Below, piece after piece: positions 12,814-26,390 of a stretch of DNA of 64,000 nt (its first letter is position 1; the number at the start of each line of letters is the position of its first letter). This stretch comes from Mobula hypostoma. Lineage: Eukaryota. The stretch covers positions 93,808,001-93,872,000 of the forward strand of contig NC_086097.1 of the NCBI RefSeq assembly GCF_963921235.1, written 5' to 3'. The notes beneath the pieces were generated by a model that was not told where the DNA came from, searched no databases, and saw only the letters and a list, made by a program, of their open reading frames with translations. Made by a program: the position numbers and the translations under genes.

Positions 12814-13307
12814 GTGAGTTGTGCCTCTGAGAGGCCACCTTTTTACTGCACCTGCGTCGACTGCCCGAACTTCCAAGTTTGCGGCATGCCCTTGCGCTCA
12901 GAGAGAGCTGTGTTTTCTTGCTGACGCTCAGGGTTGTGTGCGGATCAGCTGTTGCTCTGCATTGTGCCTTCATTAAAGCATCAGGGAGCAGCGGAAGCTG
13001 GGGACTGGAGCACCAGCATTGCTGCCCTGACTTGCGTGGTGTAGTGGTGTGAAAATCTGTCCTTTGTTCGACTTTGTTTAAGCGTTCTCTGGACTGACAT
13101 GAGTGCAGTGGGAGAACAGACCTGCAGTGGGAGAACAGACCAGGAACTCAGCACAGGGGAGAGAATTGTTGACTGTCGTAGTGGATTCTCACAGGGTCGC
13201 TGCTGTCCAGAAATGGAGGTGGGGGAGGAGGTAGCTTTATCTCTGTCGTGGTGTGTCTTGTTAATGACTCGGTGCAGAGGAATGGCTGACTCCCATGTAC
13301 AGACGGA

Positions 13308-13750
13308 AAGCCATGCTGATTATCCCTAATCAGATTATGTCTCCCCACATGTTCATAAATCCTGCCTCTCAGGATCTTCTCCAAAACTTGCCCACTACTG
13401 AAGTAAGACTCATTGGTCTATAACTTCCTAGCTCTATTCCCTTTCGTGAACAAGGGAACAACATTTGCAAACTTCCAATCCTCTGGTACTTCTCCTGTCC
13501 CTATTGATGATGCAAAGATCATCGCCAGAGGCTCAGCAATCTCCTCCCTCGCTTCCCGCAGTAGCCTGGGGTATTCCTCATCCCGTCCGGGTGACTTATC
13601 TAACTTAATACCTTTCAAAAGCTCCAGCACATCCTCTTTCTTAATGTCTATATATTCAAGCATTTCAGTCCATTGTAAGCCATCCCCACAATTCCTGAGG
13701 TCCTTTTCACTGGTGAATACTGAAGCTAAGCATTCATTAAGTACCTCTGC
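13308..13750 (-). mobile_element. CR1 LINE ORF2 fragment
   Basis: DKSPGRDEEYPRLLREAREEIAEPL..GEVPEDWKFANVVPLF. Confidence 0.9.
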
Positions 13751-14049
13751 TCCCCACTCCAGCTCCGTGCGTACGTTTACTTGAACAGGTGACAGAAGAG
13801 CGCGCATCTTAGAAGGAATGGGCAAGATGAGGTGCTAGTAGGAAGACAGAGCATAGAGGAACAGGGAGAGAGTCCAGGGAAACAGGAGGCTTGAGATGGT
13901 GTCAAGACTTAAGTGACTGGACTCTGCAAAGTCAGTGCAATATGTATTCCACATTGCCTTCATTTCCTCAGATTCAGCCCATCAAGTGTGTCCTGACCCT
14001 CCTGATTCCATTACCCCTCCCCTTATTTCCCAGTAATCTACTTTTACAG

Positions 14050-14370
14050 ACCCATAGAGAAACAGCAAGGAAACAGGCCCTTCAGCCCACTGGGTCCATA
14101 CTATCAACCACCCAGTTACACTAATCCTACAGCCATCCTTTTTATAATTCTCCCCACATTCTCAACCATCCCCCCACCCCACAGATTCTACCATCCACCT
14201 ACACGTTACAGCAGCCAGCTAACTTAACAATCTGCCCATCTTTGTGAACTAGTGGAAAGCTGGTGAGACCCACACAGTTACAGTCAGACACGTGGAAACA
14301 CCGTGTAGACAGCATCCAAGGTCAGGGTTGAACCCGAGCCTCTCAAGCTGTGAAACAGCAACACCGTTTT
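14050..14370 (-). mobile_element. Degraded tRNA-derived V-SINE/HE1-like SINE
   Basis: Minus-strand B-box-like GGGTTCAACCCTGACC followed by V-domain-like sequence and a CR1-type tail. Confidence 0.55.
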
Positions 14371-15239
14371 GTGGGAATTTTGAAAGAAGATATGGAGGGA
14401 ACAACAATGCCTGATCTACTGTCAAGGTCAACAGGGTCCATATTGGGAGGGTGAGTGGGATGGGAATGGGATGTATTTGCGAAACTAACGGACTAGCAAC
14501 CAATTCCATACCGTTCGTCCAGAAATGAATCCACCTTGAATCTAGGTTCAAATCAATAAATATTTAATAAATAAATGTGGAATTATAGTAACAGGCACCT
14601 GCTGGACTTCTGAAGAGGTCAATTTGTTTCACTTCGGTTATTGCCATTGCCAAGCGACTCCAGGCCCATGAACGTGGTAGACCTTAATTGGCTTCTTGGG
14701 CTCAAGGGCAATGAGGGATGGACCACAAAAGCTGCTTTTGTTAGTGAGTGAATAAGTAAAAAGAAAGGAGGTGGACTGACCATCACCCTCTGGGGGCATT
14801 GTCAACAGCTGCAGTGGCAAGCACATGGATGGGCTTGTTGGGAGCAAGGAGCACAGCTGGAAAGAACCTTTGGATTGGATCTCACATGGAGTGCAGTGGA
14901 AGAGGTGGGAGGTCAGGGACAGTAGGTTTGGTAGTGATCTGAGAAGATGTGGTATCTAAGGAGGGTGGAATGAGACTTGAAAATGCATTGGATGTTAGGA
15001 ACTTGGGACAGGGAAGAAGGAAATGAAGGTGATGAGCAAGGCTTGGGGTGATGGCCAGAACAGAATAACTTCTGGTTTCATTGTCCCACTTCTATATTTA
15101 GTGTAGGTCAGACATGTACAGGTATGAATATGGGGAATGGAGAGGTGAAGGTAGGAAATTGTCCAGAGTTAAGCTGGAGATCCCAGGGTAGGTTGGGTTC
15201 ATCTTTGAGAACCCAGGCTTGGAGAGGTGGGAAATCAGA

Positions 15240-15600
15240 AACAAGAGAAAGTCTGCAGATGCTGGAAATCCAAAGCAACACACACAAAATGCTGGAGGAA
15301 CTTGGCAGATCGGGCAGCATCCATGGAAATAAATACAGTCGACATTTCGGGCTCCCTCAGGGATGGAAAGGAAGGGGGAAGACGCCAGAATAAAAAAGTG
15401 GGGGGAGGAGAGGGAGGATAGCTAGGAGGTGAAAAGTGATGGGTAAGAAAGGAAGGAATCCAGTAGGAGAGGAGAGTGTCTTCCCTCTTCCTTTCCAGTC
15501 CTGAGGAGTGGTCTTGGCCAGAAACATTGACTGTTTATTCATATTTTATAGATGCTGCCTGATCTGCTGAGTTCCTCCAGCATTTTGTGTGTGTTGCTTT
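15240..15600. mobile_element. Penelope-derived fold-back element (inverted terminal arms)
   Basis: AAAGCAACACACACAAAATGCTGGAGGAACT at about 15272 and its reverse complement ending about 15600. Confidence 0.7.
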
Positions 15601-17149
15601 GGAGAAGTGGGGATGGGCAAAAATCTCCAGGAATGAGTGGGGGGGGGGGGTGGAATCATTGATGGCATTCCATGAGAAGGAAGAACCTGGCAGTGTACAG
15701 AATCACTGAGAGGGCAGGAAAACCATGGTGAGGTCGGAGGTCACCTGAATCCCCAGAGCAACAGAGGAAAGACACCAGTGATCCAGAGGGCCCTACAGTA
15801 AATCTGAAACAGTGATCAGACAGGGCTGTCTCACTGGGTAAAAACATCTGTGGTGGCCAGATGTGGGTGGTGATACTCGATAAAGTGATCTTAAAATACC
15901 AACATGAACGTATGGAGAAGTCACCTTAGAGCACAGGTCCAGTGCTGAGGAAAACTGAGAACACGTGGAGTGTGGGTTAGGCCTGGTTTCAACAAGGATT
16001 TGGGACTATTGTCGTTTACACCAGGGTAGAACGAATGGGGGAGAGAGGAGAGAGGCCAAGTGAACAGCAAGGCATTCCCAGAAACATTTCAAAGAAACCA
16101 CAGCTCACAGGGTAACCAGTGCTTTCTTTCCTCAAAATTAAATATTGCCAGGAAATTTCCTGGGAAGGGATTGGGAGCAAAATGTCTGCCAGGCTTCCAA
16201 GTGCCAGTGAAGCAATGTACAACATACTGCAGGAACATCTGTGGCGGAAAATCAACCACCTATGTCTTGAGTTGGGATGAAAGACCTCGACTGATAACAA
16301 TGACTGTCCATTTCCCTCCATAGTTGCTCCCTAACCCAGTAAGTTCCTTCAGCACCTTGTGTGCGCTCCAGATCCCTGCATCCACAGCCTTTCTGTCTCT
16401 AAGATTGGCTCGTAGACAAGTTGGTCAGACGGCAACGCATTGTGTGGTTTAACGTGCCTACTGAAGGCATCCGCGGCAGGTTACAGACGAAGGTTATCTG
16501 CCAGGTAGGAACAGCTTCGTAGAGGGAGGAGAAATTTAAAATGTCAGCTTAAACTGCAGAAGAAGTAACCAATCTGAGTGGCAGTCAACCAGTGAGATTA
16601 GGCTGAAAGTCAAAGCAAGCGGGACCGCAAAGGAAATTATGTGTTTTTATTGGGTTCATAAATTAGCCTTGCTGTCCAGTAAAAACACAAGAGGAGACAC
16701 GGGGGAATAAGCTGAATCAATAAAGTGGCCTGCTATGCTTTCCTGTTTAATTGCTCGGGGGTGGGTCACATGTGTTACACCTGCAGCGGTCACATGATAT
16801 CTTACAGTATGACGACTTGCTACAGACTTGTGATATCCTCTTCAATGCCGCCTGCCGGGTGTTGCTTTGTTGCCATCTGCAGGCAAGAGCTAGCAACTGT
16901 CCCCACCCGCCACATCATTTGTTTGTTCTCAGTTTAGCTCCACTCTGGAATGGACGGCATTCCTCTGCTGTGAGAACGCGGCCTTCTTCCGTCACCCCAT
17001 TCGAAATTGCGGCCGCAGCATTACTCTGCTGAGAGAACATGAGCTTTATCAGTCTCTCCATTCGAAATTGTGCCCGGTGTTGCAACGTTGATATTGTGGC
17101 CCAAGAAGGCTGCTTTCCTCCTCGAAAACCTACATACTGCCTTACACAG

Positions 17150-17531
17150 TAGGGTGGCGGGGTGGAGGTAACATCCCTACCAAAGGAGGTGTAAGGCACT
17201 CCTTCCCTCCACTAGCCTGCAGGTCACCCTTGGGCAAGGTGTAGCACCTGCTTAGCCCCCCGATCAGGGTCATGCGAAGCCAAGGGAGCAGGTGGTGGAT
17301 GGTCGTACCAGCAGCCGGTGCAGATCACAAGTCCTGGTTACATGACCACTGACACCAGACAGAGAATCTCTGAAGAGTATTGGTAATGTCTGGGGTCACC
17401 CGTCTTGTAATGACACTGCCCAGAAGAAGGCAATGGCAAAACCACTTCTGTAGAAAAATTGGCCAAGAACAATCGTGGTGATGGAAGTACCACAATCACC
17501 CACGTCATACGACGCAGCACAGAATGAATGA
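17150..17531 (+). mobile_element. Apparently full-length RTE-tailed SINE-like element (about 380 bp)
   Basis: 3' motif GAAGAAGGCAATGGCAAAACCACTTCTG typical of RTE/BovB-related ends, (GAAT)n tail; four more copies in the window. Confidence 0.7.
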
Positions 17532-19138
17532 ACTGCCTTACATCCAGTTGGAATCAAGTTAATGTAAGACTTGGAGCTGGTGTCTGTAGTGGGTGGAGAT
17601 GAATTTGGAAAGATTACTTGAAGGACAGGGAGCTTGATACATACAGTGAAGCTCCAGTAATTGGCGATCCGAATATTCGGAAATGTCACTGGTCAGGCAT
17701 CTGGCGCACTAGGGAGGTTTGTCACCTCCCCCCTCGCACTTACTCATGTCCCGGCTTCCAGGCTCCCAGTAAAGTTACCTGGATCAGAGGAAAATGTATT
17801 ACTGAGGGAAAGGGCGATTCGTCAGTTATACAGAACAGGAACAGGGCCATGTGACCCACTGAACCCTGTACAGGCCATTAATGCTACAAAAGTCCTGTTT
17901 TACTGTCCCCACAACCCCATCAACTCTCTCAGATTTTAACACTCACCTACACACTGGGGCAACTTTCAGCAGCCACTCCACGCAGATAGTACCCGAAGTC
18001 AGGATTGAACCTGGCTTCTGGGATTGTGAGGTGACAGCTCCACCAGCTATGACTGGACTTGTGCTTGCTGCCATTGTGCCTTCCTGGGTTGCTCTGGGCA
18101 TCTCTGAGAGCCGTTATCTGAACAGATTTGAATACATTGTGAAAGGTTTGACAGGGGTCAGTTGAAGAAGACAATAGGAGTTGTCAGAAAGAAAGGGAGT
18201 AAGGCCCTGGAACAGGCCTGAATTCGAGAAATGAGGACGTGTGATCATTCGCAGAGGCTGATAACAAAGAGGCTATGATCATGTCTGCTGGTGCACTGTC
18301 CTGAGGATTTGAGAAGCAAAATAGATACAGATCTCATGAGGAAAGAGACTGAAGTCATGATCTGTTATGAAGAGATTTGGCAATTTCAACAATGCATTTG
18401 TAAAGGAAACAACTTACACTTAGGGTGAAGATAGAGGGTGGACGGGGGAATGAGCAGGGTGTAGAGGTTATTGGGAGAGGTCTTATGAATGGTTCCTGTG
18501 AGGTATATATGATTCAGCTATGAACTACCAAGTAAGAATATTTAGTTATGTGTTATTTTAACAGTAATTTTGCAAGCAGAGAATATTTATGGTGTTGCTC
18601 TAAATGAGACTTCCAATCTCAGGGACCTGTCTGATTGGTTCATCCCCTATGCTCTTTCTTTGGTTGTTCTTTATATTTTGATTTATAGCTTTTAGAATCT
18701 CTCATGGGAAGCTTTCTGCCTGCATTAGCTCATGTGCCTTGATCTGGCTGTGGTTCTAATTTATACCGCTGTGTGAACATCCAGTTTTGCATATGAAGAA
18801 GATTGTGAATCATCTACATATTAAAATATCTAATAAATTGATCTCATCAACAGAGGTACTTGGCGAACTGCACTAACCTCCCCCCACCCCCACCCCCGAC
18901 CTGTTGTGGTCAGTAAGATGCTTCCTAACTTGCGGCAATTAACTGGTCAGAGTATTTCCCAATAATCTCCATTAGTTGGAGTAGTGCTTGTGATCCACTA
19001 TCAGTCAAGATGGACCTTGTCAATCAGCATCAGTCGCAGAGGTGATCAGTAAATAACACCCATCAGTCGTCCTCACAAGCTCATATCACTCACACTGGCA
19101 GTCAATAACTTGGTTTCTATAACATTTTTTTATTCCAG

Positions 19139-19202
19139 AGGTTGTTACAGGAATGAAGTTCACCAATGACTGTAAACATTTGATCTCCGTGTCGGGAGAC
19201 AG
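19139..19202 (+). CDS. MAPKBP1: MAPKBP1 coding exon [22 protein letters not shown]
   Basis: ttattccag|AG ... AG|gtacgt; phase 1 to 2; matches MAPKBP1 [22 protein letters not shown]. Confidence 0.96.
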
Positions 19203-19661
19203 GTACGTGCAGCACTTTCCACGCAAAACCCTTCCAAGTAGATTGCAGGCCCTCCCTCCACTCCCTCTCTCCATTTCGTTTATCTGACACTGTAGACACA
19301 GCAGATACTAAAAATCTATAGCAAGGCACAGAAAATGCTGCAAACACTGACCTGGTCAGGTGACACGTGGATTACTAATCACCCTCACCCGCACCTTCAC
19401 TATCTCTCTCTCTCTCACGCTCTCCTTCTCCTCTTCTTTGTCTGCTTCCTTCCACCATTCCCTCTTCATTTCTCTCCTCCTTTCCTCCTTTTCCTTCCCT
19501 TCTTTTTTCCCTCCATTTCTGTCGCTGTCCTCTTCACACTCTCTCCCACCCCCTTCTTTTCCTCTTACAGAGAGAGAGAGAGAGAGGGAGATATAGATAT
19601 GGGGCTGGTGTTATCTGAAGATGTGCCCAGGACCTGACAGGTGTATCATTGCTTCCCGCAG

Positions 19662-19787
19662 CTGTATCTTCATCTGGCGGCTAAGCTCCGAGCTGACCAT
19701 CAACATGAGGCAGAGACTGGCCGAGAGCAAGCAGAGGGAGAGAAAGCAAACCAAGAGCCCTCCACGAAAACATTCCACCCCAAGCAG
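19662..19787 (+). CDS. MAPKBP1: MAPKBP1 coding exon [41 protein letters not shown]
   Basis: ttcccgcag|C ... AG|gtaggt; phase 2 to 2; matches [21 protein letters not shown]. Confidence 0.95.
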
Positions 19788-21647
19788 GTAGGTTCCAGGG
19801 CAAGGGATGAAAAGGGGGACTGAATGAAAGATGTTAGAGATGTTTCAGCTACATTTTAACCCCGATAGTTTTCAACAACATAATATGGACCTGATCCAGA
19901 ATTTGGCCGTTTAGCAGCTTCCCTGAGTGCGATTCATTCAGCCTGCGCCTGTTTGATAGTAATTTATCCCTGTTTTATGAGCATCCATTTTTTTCACCGG
20001 CAAGGACAGGAAGGAAGAGGAGATGGACTAGGCATGGGCTAGGGAGTGACAGCAGGCCTTTGTGTGGGTCGATGGGCAGTGCTGTGGTCACCCCGCTGCT
20101 TCACGCCTCCAGCAACCTGAGCTCAGCTCTTACCTGTGAGGAGTTTGTATGTTTTCCCTGGAAACACGGGCTTTCCACAGGTGCTTCCATCTCCTGTCTC
20201 ACCTCAGAAATGTGCCAGAGGCACAGGAGACGGCAGATGCTGGAAACCAGAGCAATAAACACTTCCTGCGTGTTCGTGTGCCTCCTGATCACCTCGTTCA
20301 TACTTGTCTTCACCACCAGCCCAGGCACTACAATCCAGACCCTCTCCATCCTCTGTGTAAAAGAAACCTAGCCCATCTCCCTCCTTTGAACTTATCCCCA
20401 CTCACCTTAAATGCACACCCTCTAGTTTTAGACATTGCAACTCTGGGAAAAAGATACCAGTTGTCTATGCTTCTCATAATCTTATCAACTTCTCACATCT
20501 CCCCTCAAGTTCTACTGCTCCAAAGAAAGCAACCCAATTTTTCCAATGTCTCCTTCTAGGACATACCCTCCAATCCAGGAAACCTCTGATGCGCAGTCTC
20601 CACATTCTTCCCATAATGGGGAGACCAGCATTGAATGCAGTACTCCAGCTGCAGCCTCGCTAGAGTTTTATAAAGTTGCAACATAACTTCCCGGCTCTTG
20701 AACTCAGTGCTTAACTCTTAACTCACACTGCAAGCTGCCATATGCCAGTGAGGTAGTGTTCATGGGTTTAATGTCCATTTAGGAATTAGATAGCAGAGGG
20801 GAAGAAGCTATTCCTGAATCACTGAGTGTGTGCCTTCAGGCTTCTGTATCTCCTACCTGATGGTAACAATGTGAAGAGGGCAAAGAGCTATGGACTGGGA
20901 CCCCAAGGTCCCTCTGCACATCAGCACTGTTAAGAGTCTTGCCATTAACTGTGTACTGACCTTTTATATTTTGCTGAGTTCCTCCAGCAGGTTGTTTGTT
21001 GCTGCGAAGATGTGCTGTCTCCTCATCCTTCCCACAAAGGGGCGACCAGCATTGAATGTAATACCCCCAGATACGGCCTAATTGAGTTTTATAAAGGTGT
21101 AGCATAACTTCCCGACTCTCGGGCATTAACCAATGTAGATGCATAGTATTTGTTAATAACAGGAGCAGTAGAACCAGTTGTTTTTGCCTCTCGAAAGTTC
21201 TGGGCCTGTAAAGCCAACTAAGACAAGAGAGCTTCTGCACAGGTGACTCCTACCAGGGGTGGTGTCTCTGGATAACAACAATCAGCAGCAGTACAGCCGG
21301 CACACGTTTAATATCCAATGCATTTTTAAGCCTTTGTCTACAAAGACTGGGGTATATATATTGTGTGTCACACGAGGAGCTGATATTGTATTGAATTTTG
21401 AAGAATAATAATCATTTATCTTTTTTCTGTCACTGTCCTTGATTGGTATTATCTTCTCCTCTTAACTTTCTCTTATCTCCCTTTATCATTCTTTCACCTC
21501 TTCTCTCCCCCTCTCCCCTCTCTGTGCAAACCCCTATTCCCACTTTACATCTACCTTTCCAATCTATCTTTTACACCCCTTCTCTCCATCTCTGTCCCTG
21601 CTTGTGGCAGTAACCCTATTCCCCGCCTTTTTTTTGTTCCCCTTCAG

Positions 21648-21793
21648 AGAAACGTTTGATGTGGCTGCTCAGACGGCCATGTCCTCTGATAGTGAGAAGG
21701 AGGCTGAAGAGGACGTAAACGAGGATGAAGAAGGCCAGTGTGAGGGTTCAAGGCCCATTACACCAAAACGGGGCTGCTCAGAGGGACGGAACG
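21648..21793 (+). CDS. MAPKBP1: MAPKBP1 coding exon ETFDVAAQTAMSSDSEKEAEEDVNEDEEGQCEGSRPITPKRGCSEGRN
   Basis: Strong pyrimidine tract ccttcag|A ... G|gtacgt; phase 2 to 1; SSDSEKE plus acidic run as in MAPKBP1 SSDSDKEGEDE. Confidence 0.9.
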
Positions 21794-21894
21794 GTACGTC
21801 CATGCAGATCAGAAAGAAAACACAACCCGTGCACTTCGGCCTGTCCGCCAGCTCTCTGTTTTTGTTGTTAACCATGCCTCGTACATCAAGCTGT

Positions 21895-22172
21895 ATGTAG
21901 CATAGCACAATGCTTTACCATACAGGCGACCCCGGTTCAATTCCCACCACTGCCTGTTAGGAGTTTGCACGTTCTTCCTGTGAGTGCGTGGGTTTCCTCT
22001 GGGTGCTCCGGTTTCCTCCCACAGTCCAAAGACGTTCAAGTTGGTGGGTTAATTGGCCAGTGTAAACTGCCCCGTGATTAGGCTGTGGTTAAATGGGGGG
22101 TTGTCAGGGGCATGGCTCGAAGGGTCAGAAGGGCCTACTCTGTATTGTATCTCGATAGATAGATAAATAAAT
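21895..22172 (+). mobile_element. tRNA-derived V-SINE/HE1-like SINE
   Basis: B-box GGTTCAATTCCC; V-domain-like GGAGTTTGCACGTTCTTCC..GCGTGGGTTTCCTCTGGGTGCTCCGGTTTC..CCCACAGTCCAAAGAC; tail. Confidence 0.85.
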
Positions 22173-23750
22173 AGTGAAGAGTTGTTAATGGGATCTGTCT
22201 TTCTGCAAATCCCTTGGTTACTTGTGAAGTATCAGATTAGATTAGACTATAAGGACCCTCAGTCCTCGTTTATTGTCATTTAGAAATGCATGCATTAAAA
22301 AATGATACAACGTTCCTCCAGAATGATATCACAAGAAAACACAGGACAAACCAAGACTAAAATTCCCAAAACCACATCATTATAACATATAGTCACAACA
22401 GTGCAAAGCAATACCATAATTTGATAAAGAGCAGACCATGGGCACGGTAAAAAAAATATATGCAGAAGTTCAAAATTCAAAGTAGATTTTATTATCAAAA
22501 AGCCTAAATGTCACCATATACAACCCTGAGATTCATTTTCTTGCGGGCATACTCAATAAACCTATAGAATAATAACCATAACAGAATCAATGAAAGACTG
22601 CCCAACTAGGAGGTTCAACCGGAGTGTAGAAGACAGCAAACTGTGCAAATACAAAAATCAGAAATAATTATAGTTAATAAATAAGCAATAAATATTGAGA
22701 ACATAAGATGAAGAGTCCTTGAAAGTGAGTCCAATCATCAGGGGATTAGAACGAGAATCGGGTTTAATATCGTCTGGCATATGTCGTGAAATTTGTTGTT
22801 TTGCGGCAGAAGTACAATGCAATTATGGTAATATTTGATGATTCCCACTGGAGCTGCAAGCAAACAGTCACCCCTTAACGGTGCCCTCTTAACAAGAATC
22901 ACCATACCATCTCGCACCTCACCCAGGAATTGAGGTAGCAATCTAGACCGCCGTTGTATCGCAGTGCAACAATAACATATTGATACACCTCATCATTAAG
23001 GCAACGGGAACTGATAGTACTGTGACAAGTAATTGTGGTCAAATAGTCATCGGGCTTAGTGTTGCAAGAGCAGGGACCAACATCATGGATGAGGTGTTTA
23101 GTGTCCTGGTGTTACAAATTTGAAACAAAGTGTGTGGTGTGGTTGTTCCTCATGTCCAACATGGCAGCATTAACCATGGCACAGTGTTGGTATGCTGATT
23201 GCGTCAAATCAGTAATACTCGGGCACTAAATACCTTCCTGGTGGTGCTATAAGATGGGTGTCCAACGATGTACCAGTTGTCTACTGTTCAATGGATGCAA
23301 CATTGCCCCTTTTGTGGAGCTTGTACCAAGGGTATCCAACACTGTGTCATAGGTAGTGCCCGACAGCTTGTGTTAACACTGTGCCTTTGGTGCTGCTGTA
23401 CAATCAAGGTCCACATTGCACCATACATGTAGTGTGCAATGGCGTCCAAGACTGCTCTAATGAAATCAGAGACAATGGGAGTCAGCATTTTATTATTGGT
23501 GGGACACATCAGTTGGAATGCCAATCCACTAAAGTGACCAGGCAGTGTAAGTACACCACCAGCCAGTGAAACTACAATCTCAGTGGGGGTCTTCCACTGA
23601 AGTTGTGAACTTCAATATAGTTTTAAATTAATACAGACTGATTGCATGGTAATAATTACCACTTCTGGAAGGTCTAATGTTACCCCTTCACATGCAGCCT
23701 CTCAGAATATGCTTGTGGTCAATGTCTGATGCCAGTCTGTTCAATTCCAG

Positions 23751-23815
23751 ATATCTCTACAGGCAGACATTACACTGGGAGTATGAAGAGTCTGAACCTC
23801 TGGGACAATGGGGAG
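23751..23815 (+). CDS. MAPKBP1: MAPKBP1 short coding exon DISTGRHYTGSMKSLNLWDNGE
   Basis: aattccag|AT ... GAG|gtaaga; supplies the phase 1 to 0 link needed between flanking exons; KSLNLWD resembles MAPKBP1 RSLSHWE. Confidence 0.75.
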
Positions 23816-24354
23816 GTAAGATTAGATCTGGACGTAAAACACAGCCACGGATTCAAAATTAAAGGAACTGTTAGATTCATTGTTTGCACTTTATTCAAAT
23901 AGTTCTGAAACTGAATTGGCACTTCCTTCGCATCCAGTGAGCAGATATATTTGTTGTGTGTTTCTCTGGGAATGATTTACATACAGTATGTCACCAGGAG
24001 GGATGTTAGCATGTTGAGTAGAACTTTTATGTTTCATACATACAGTGTATGTTGAGCAGAGAAAGAGTGCCAGGTGTGGGGGATGCGGGCACCCAGCCCC
24101 AAGACACCAGACAAGGTCATTTGATTCCAAACTATTGGTTTATTGATCATCACAGAATGTCTCTCTGGTGCTTCCCACTCCCTCCCCTCTCCCTTCCCCT
24201 TTTCCCAACCATGACTCCTCTCCCCCTGCCCCCGTCCCACTCTCAGTCCACAACAGAGACCCAAATCATGATCAGGTTTATCATCACTCACGTATGTCAT
24301 GAAATTAGTTTTTTGTTTTATGGCAGCAGTACAGTGGAATGCATAAAATTACTA

Positions 24355-24421
24355 CAGTACTGTGCAGAAGTCCTGGGCACCCTAACTATATAGATGTGCC
24401 TAAGACTTTTGCACAGTACTG
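24355..24421. mobile_element. 67-bp Tc1-like MITE
   Basis: TIRs CAGTACTGTGCAGAAGTC / GACTTTTGCACAGTACTG flanked by TA at 24353-24354 and 24422-24423. Confidence 0.85.
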
Positions 24422-25726
24422 TAGGTGCAGCTGGCAGAGATGCTGCCTGCTAGGTTTAATTCTGTCATCAGATGCTGGTCTAAGTTTGCATATTCTCCCT
24501 GTTTCCTTTGAGTGCTCTGGCTTGCAAGCCAAAGAAATGCAGGTCGGTGGGTTAATTAGACACTTAAATTGCCCCTAGTGTGCAGATGAGTGATAGAATC
24601 TGGGTGGATGGGAATGTGGGGAGAATAAATTGTGATTAGTGTAAGTGCGTTTGTAATGGCCGACTGAGCAAAAGTATCTCTTTTCCTGTTGTTTGACTTT
24701 CTGACTCCAAGGCCCCCTAAAACTCTCACAACCTCCTGCCCAAACTTCTTACCCAAGGATTTGCTGTGATATTTATGAAAGGAGGAGAATGTGGAAAGTG
24801 AAAGGCAAGCTTGGCTTAACTGAACGTTGGAAGTGTATGTTTGTGTCGCAGTGCAAGGAAACTTTCAGCTCATTAATGTGGACGAGAGTGCCCAGGGAGA
24901 GTAAACCAGTGGTGTCACTCACTCACGGTTCCTCTGTTGGGTTGTGTCAGTCGTAGGCAATGGGACTACTTGCTACCAAAACTGCAATAAGCGATTTAGA
25001 GCTTTATGGCCCAGTTTATAATTATGTAAGTCATGCATATGGCAAGGGTCTGCAATTATGAACTCAAGTTAAGTTCAAGTTTAATTGTCATTCAACTGTA
25101 TATGAATACAGCCAAAGGAAATAGTGTTACTTCAGGGCCAAGGTGCAAAACACAGTACCAACAGTCACACACAGCACACACACATATAACACATATAAAA
25201 CATCAGTTTAAAAAAAGTCACACAAAAAATATATAGTTTAAGACCCTGAGTGCATAAATGTTGCAGCAGTCTGCAGTGGAACTCAGTACAGCTTGTCTTC
25301 TGCCAAGTGAACACTGGGGGGCAGCACTGACTCCAGCTTGGACACTGCTCCACACCACCCCCAGCGCTTTGGCTGAGCCTAGCAACTCCAGTGCTTCTCT
25401 CCTGGGTGGCTGTAAACAGGCAACGGGGCCACGCAGCTCCCCTGTAATCCACCAATAAATCAGTGAATTGGATCTGCAGCATTCCACATTAACGATGTCC
25501 AACAGGGTCTTGCGATCACAAGAAAAGCGACTAAGGCAATCACTTGTTGTTAAACTGCATACCGCCTTCACGCACCGACCCCTCCAACACCTTTCTGACA
25601 CAATCAGCAACACAATCCACACCAAGTCCTTCCGTTTCAAGAGCTAAGGTATTCAAAAGAATATTTTGGCCCTTGGTTCAGGGGCAATGATTGTTGTTGT
25701 TGTTCATTTTTGTACATGGGGTAGCA

Positions 25727-26390
25727 TTTCAGTTCAGTTCAGTTTTCGTTTATTGTCATTTAGAAATGCATGCATTAAAAAGTGATACAACGTTCCTCCA
25801 GAATGATATCACAAGAAAACACAGGACAAACCAAGACTAAAACTGACAAAACCACATCATTATAACATATAGTTACAACAGTGCAAAGCAATACCATAAC
25901 TTGATAAAGAGCAGACTAAGGGCATGGTGAAAAAAAGTCTCAAAGTCCCGATAGCCTCATCATCTCACGCAGACGGTAGAAGGGAGAAACTCTCCCTGCC
26001 ATGAACTTCCAAGCGCCACAAACTTGCCGATGCAGCACCATTGGAAGCACCTGACCGCAGCGGACTCTGAGTCCGTCCGAAAACTTCGAGCCTCCGACCA
26101 GCCCCTCCGACACAGCCTCTCCGAGCACCATCTCTGCCGAGCGCTTCGACCCCGCCCCGGCCGCCGAGCAACAGGCAAAGCCGAGGACTCGGGACCTTCC
26201 CCTCCGGAGATTCTGGACCACACAGTAGCAGCAGCAGCGAAGCAGGCATTTCAGAAGTTTCACCAGATGTTCCTCTGTGCTCTCAGGTCTGTCTCCATCA
26301 AATCAGGATTGTGCACGGAACCCTACTTGACAAATAACAGACATCACCACTGGAGTGGCCACTGCGAGCTGTGTCACGCTGCCATCTTCC
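25727..26390 (-). mobile_element. Young non-autonomous LINE-derived element; a truncated near-identical 3' copy lies at about 22265-22450
   Basis: Minus strand starts GGAAGATGGC, GC/CpG-rich body, AATAAA then (CTGAA)n tail; about 185 bp shared with 22265-22450. Confidence 0.7.

Noticed and set aside
16871..16883. CTCF-like motif (minus strand CCTGCAGATGGCA)
   Set aside because: A single imperfect short match is expected by chance; no supporting data
21920..21950. tRNA gene suggested by the GGTTCAATTCCC B-box
   Set aside because: It is the head of a SINE; no cloverleaf can be formed
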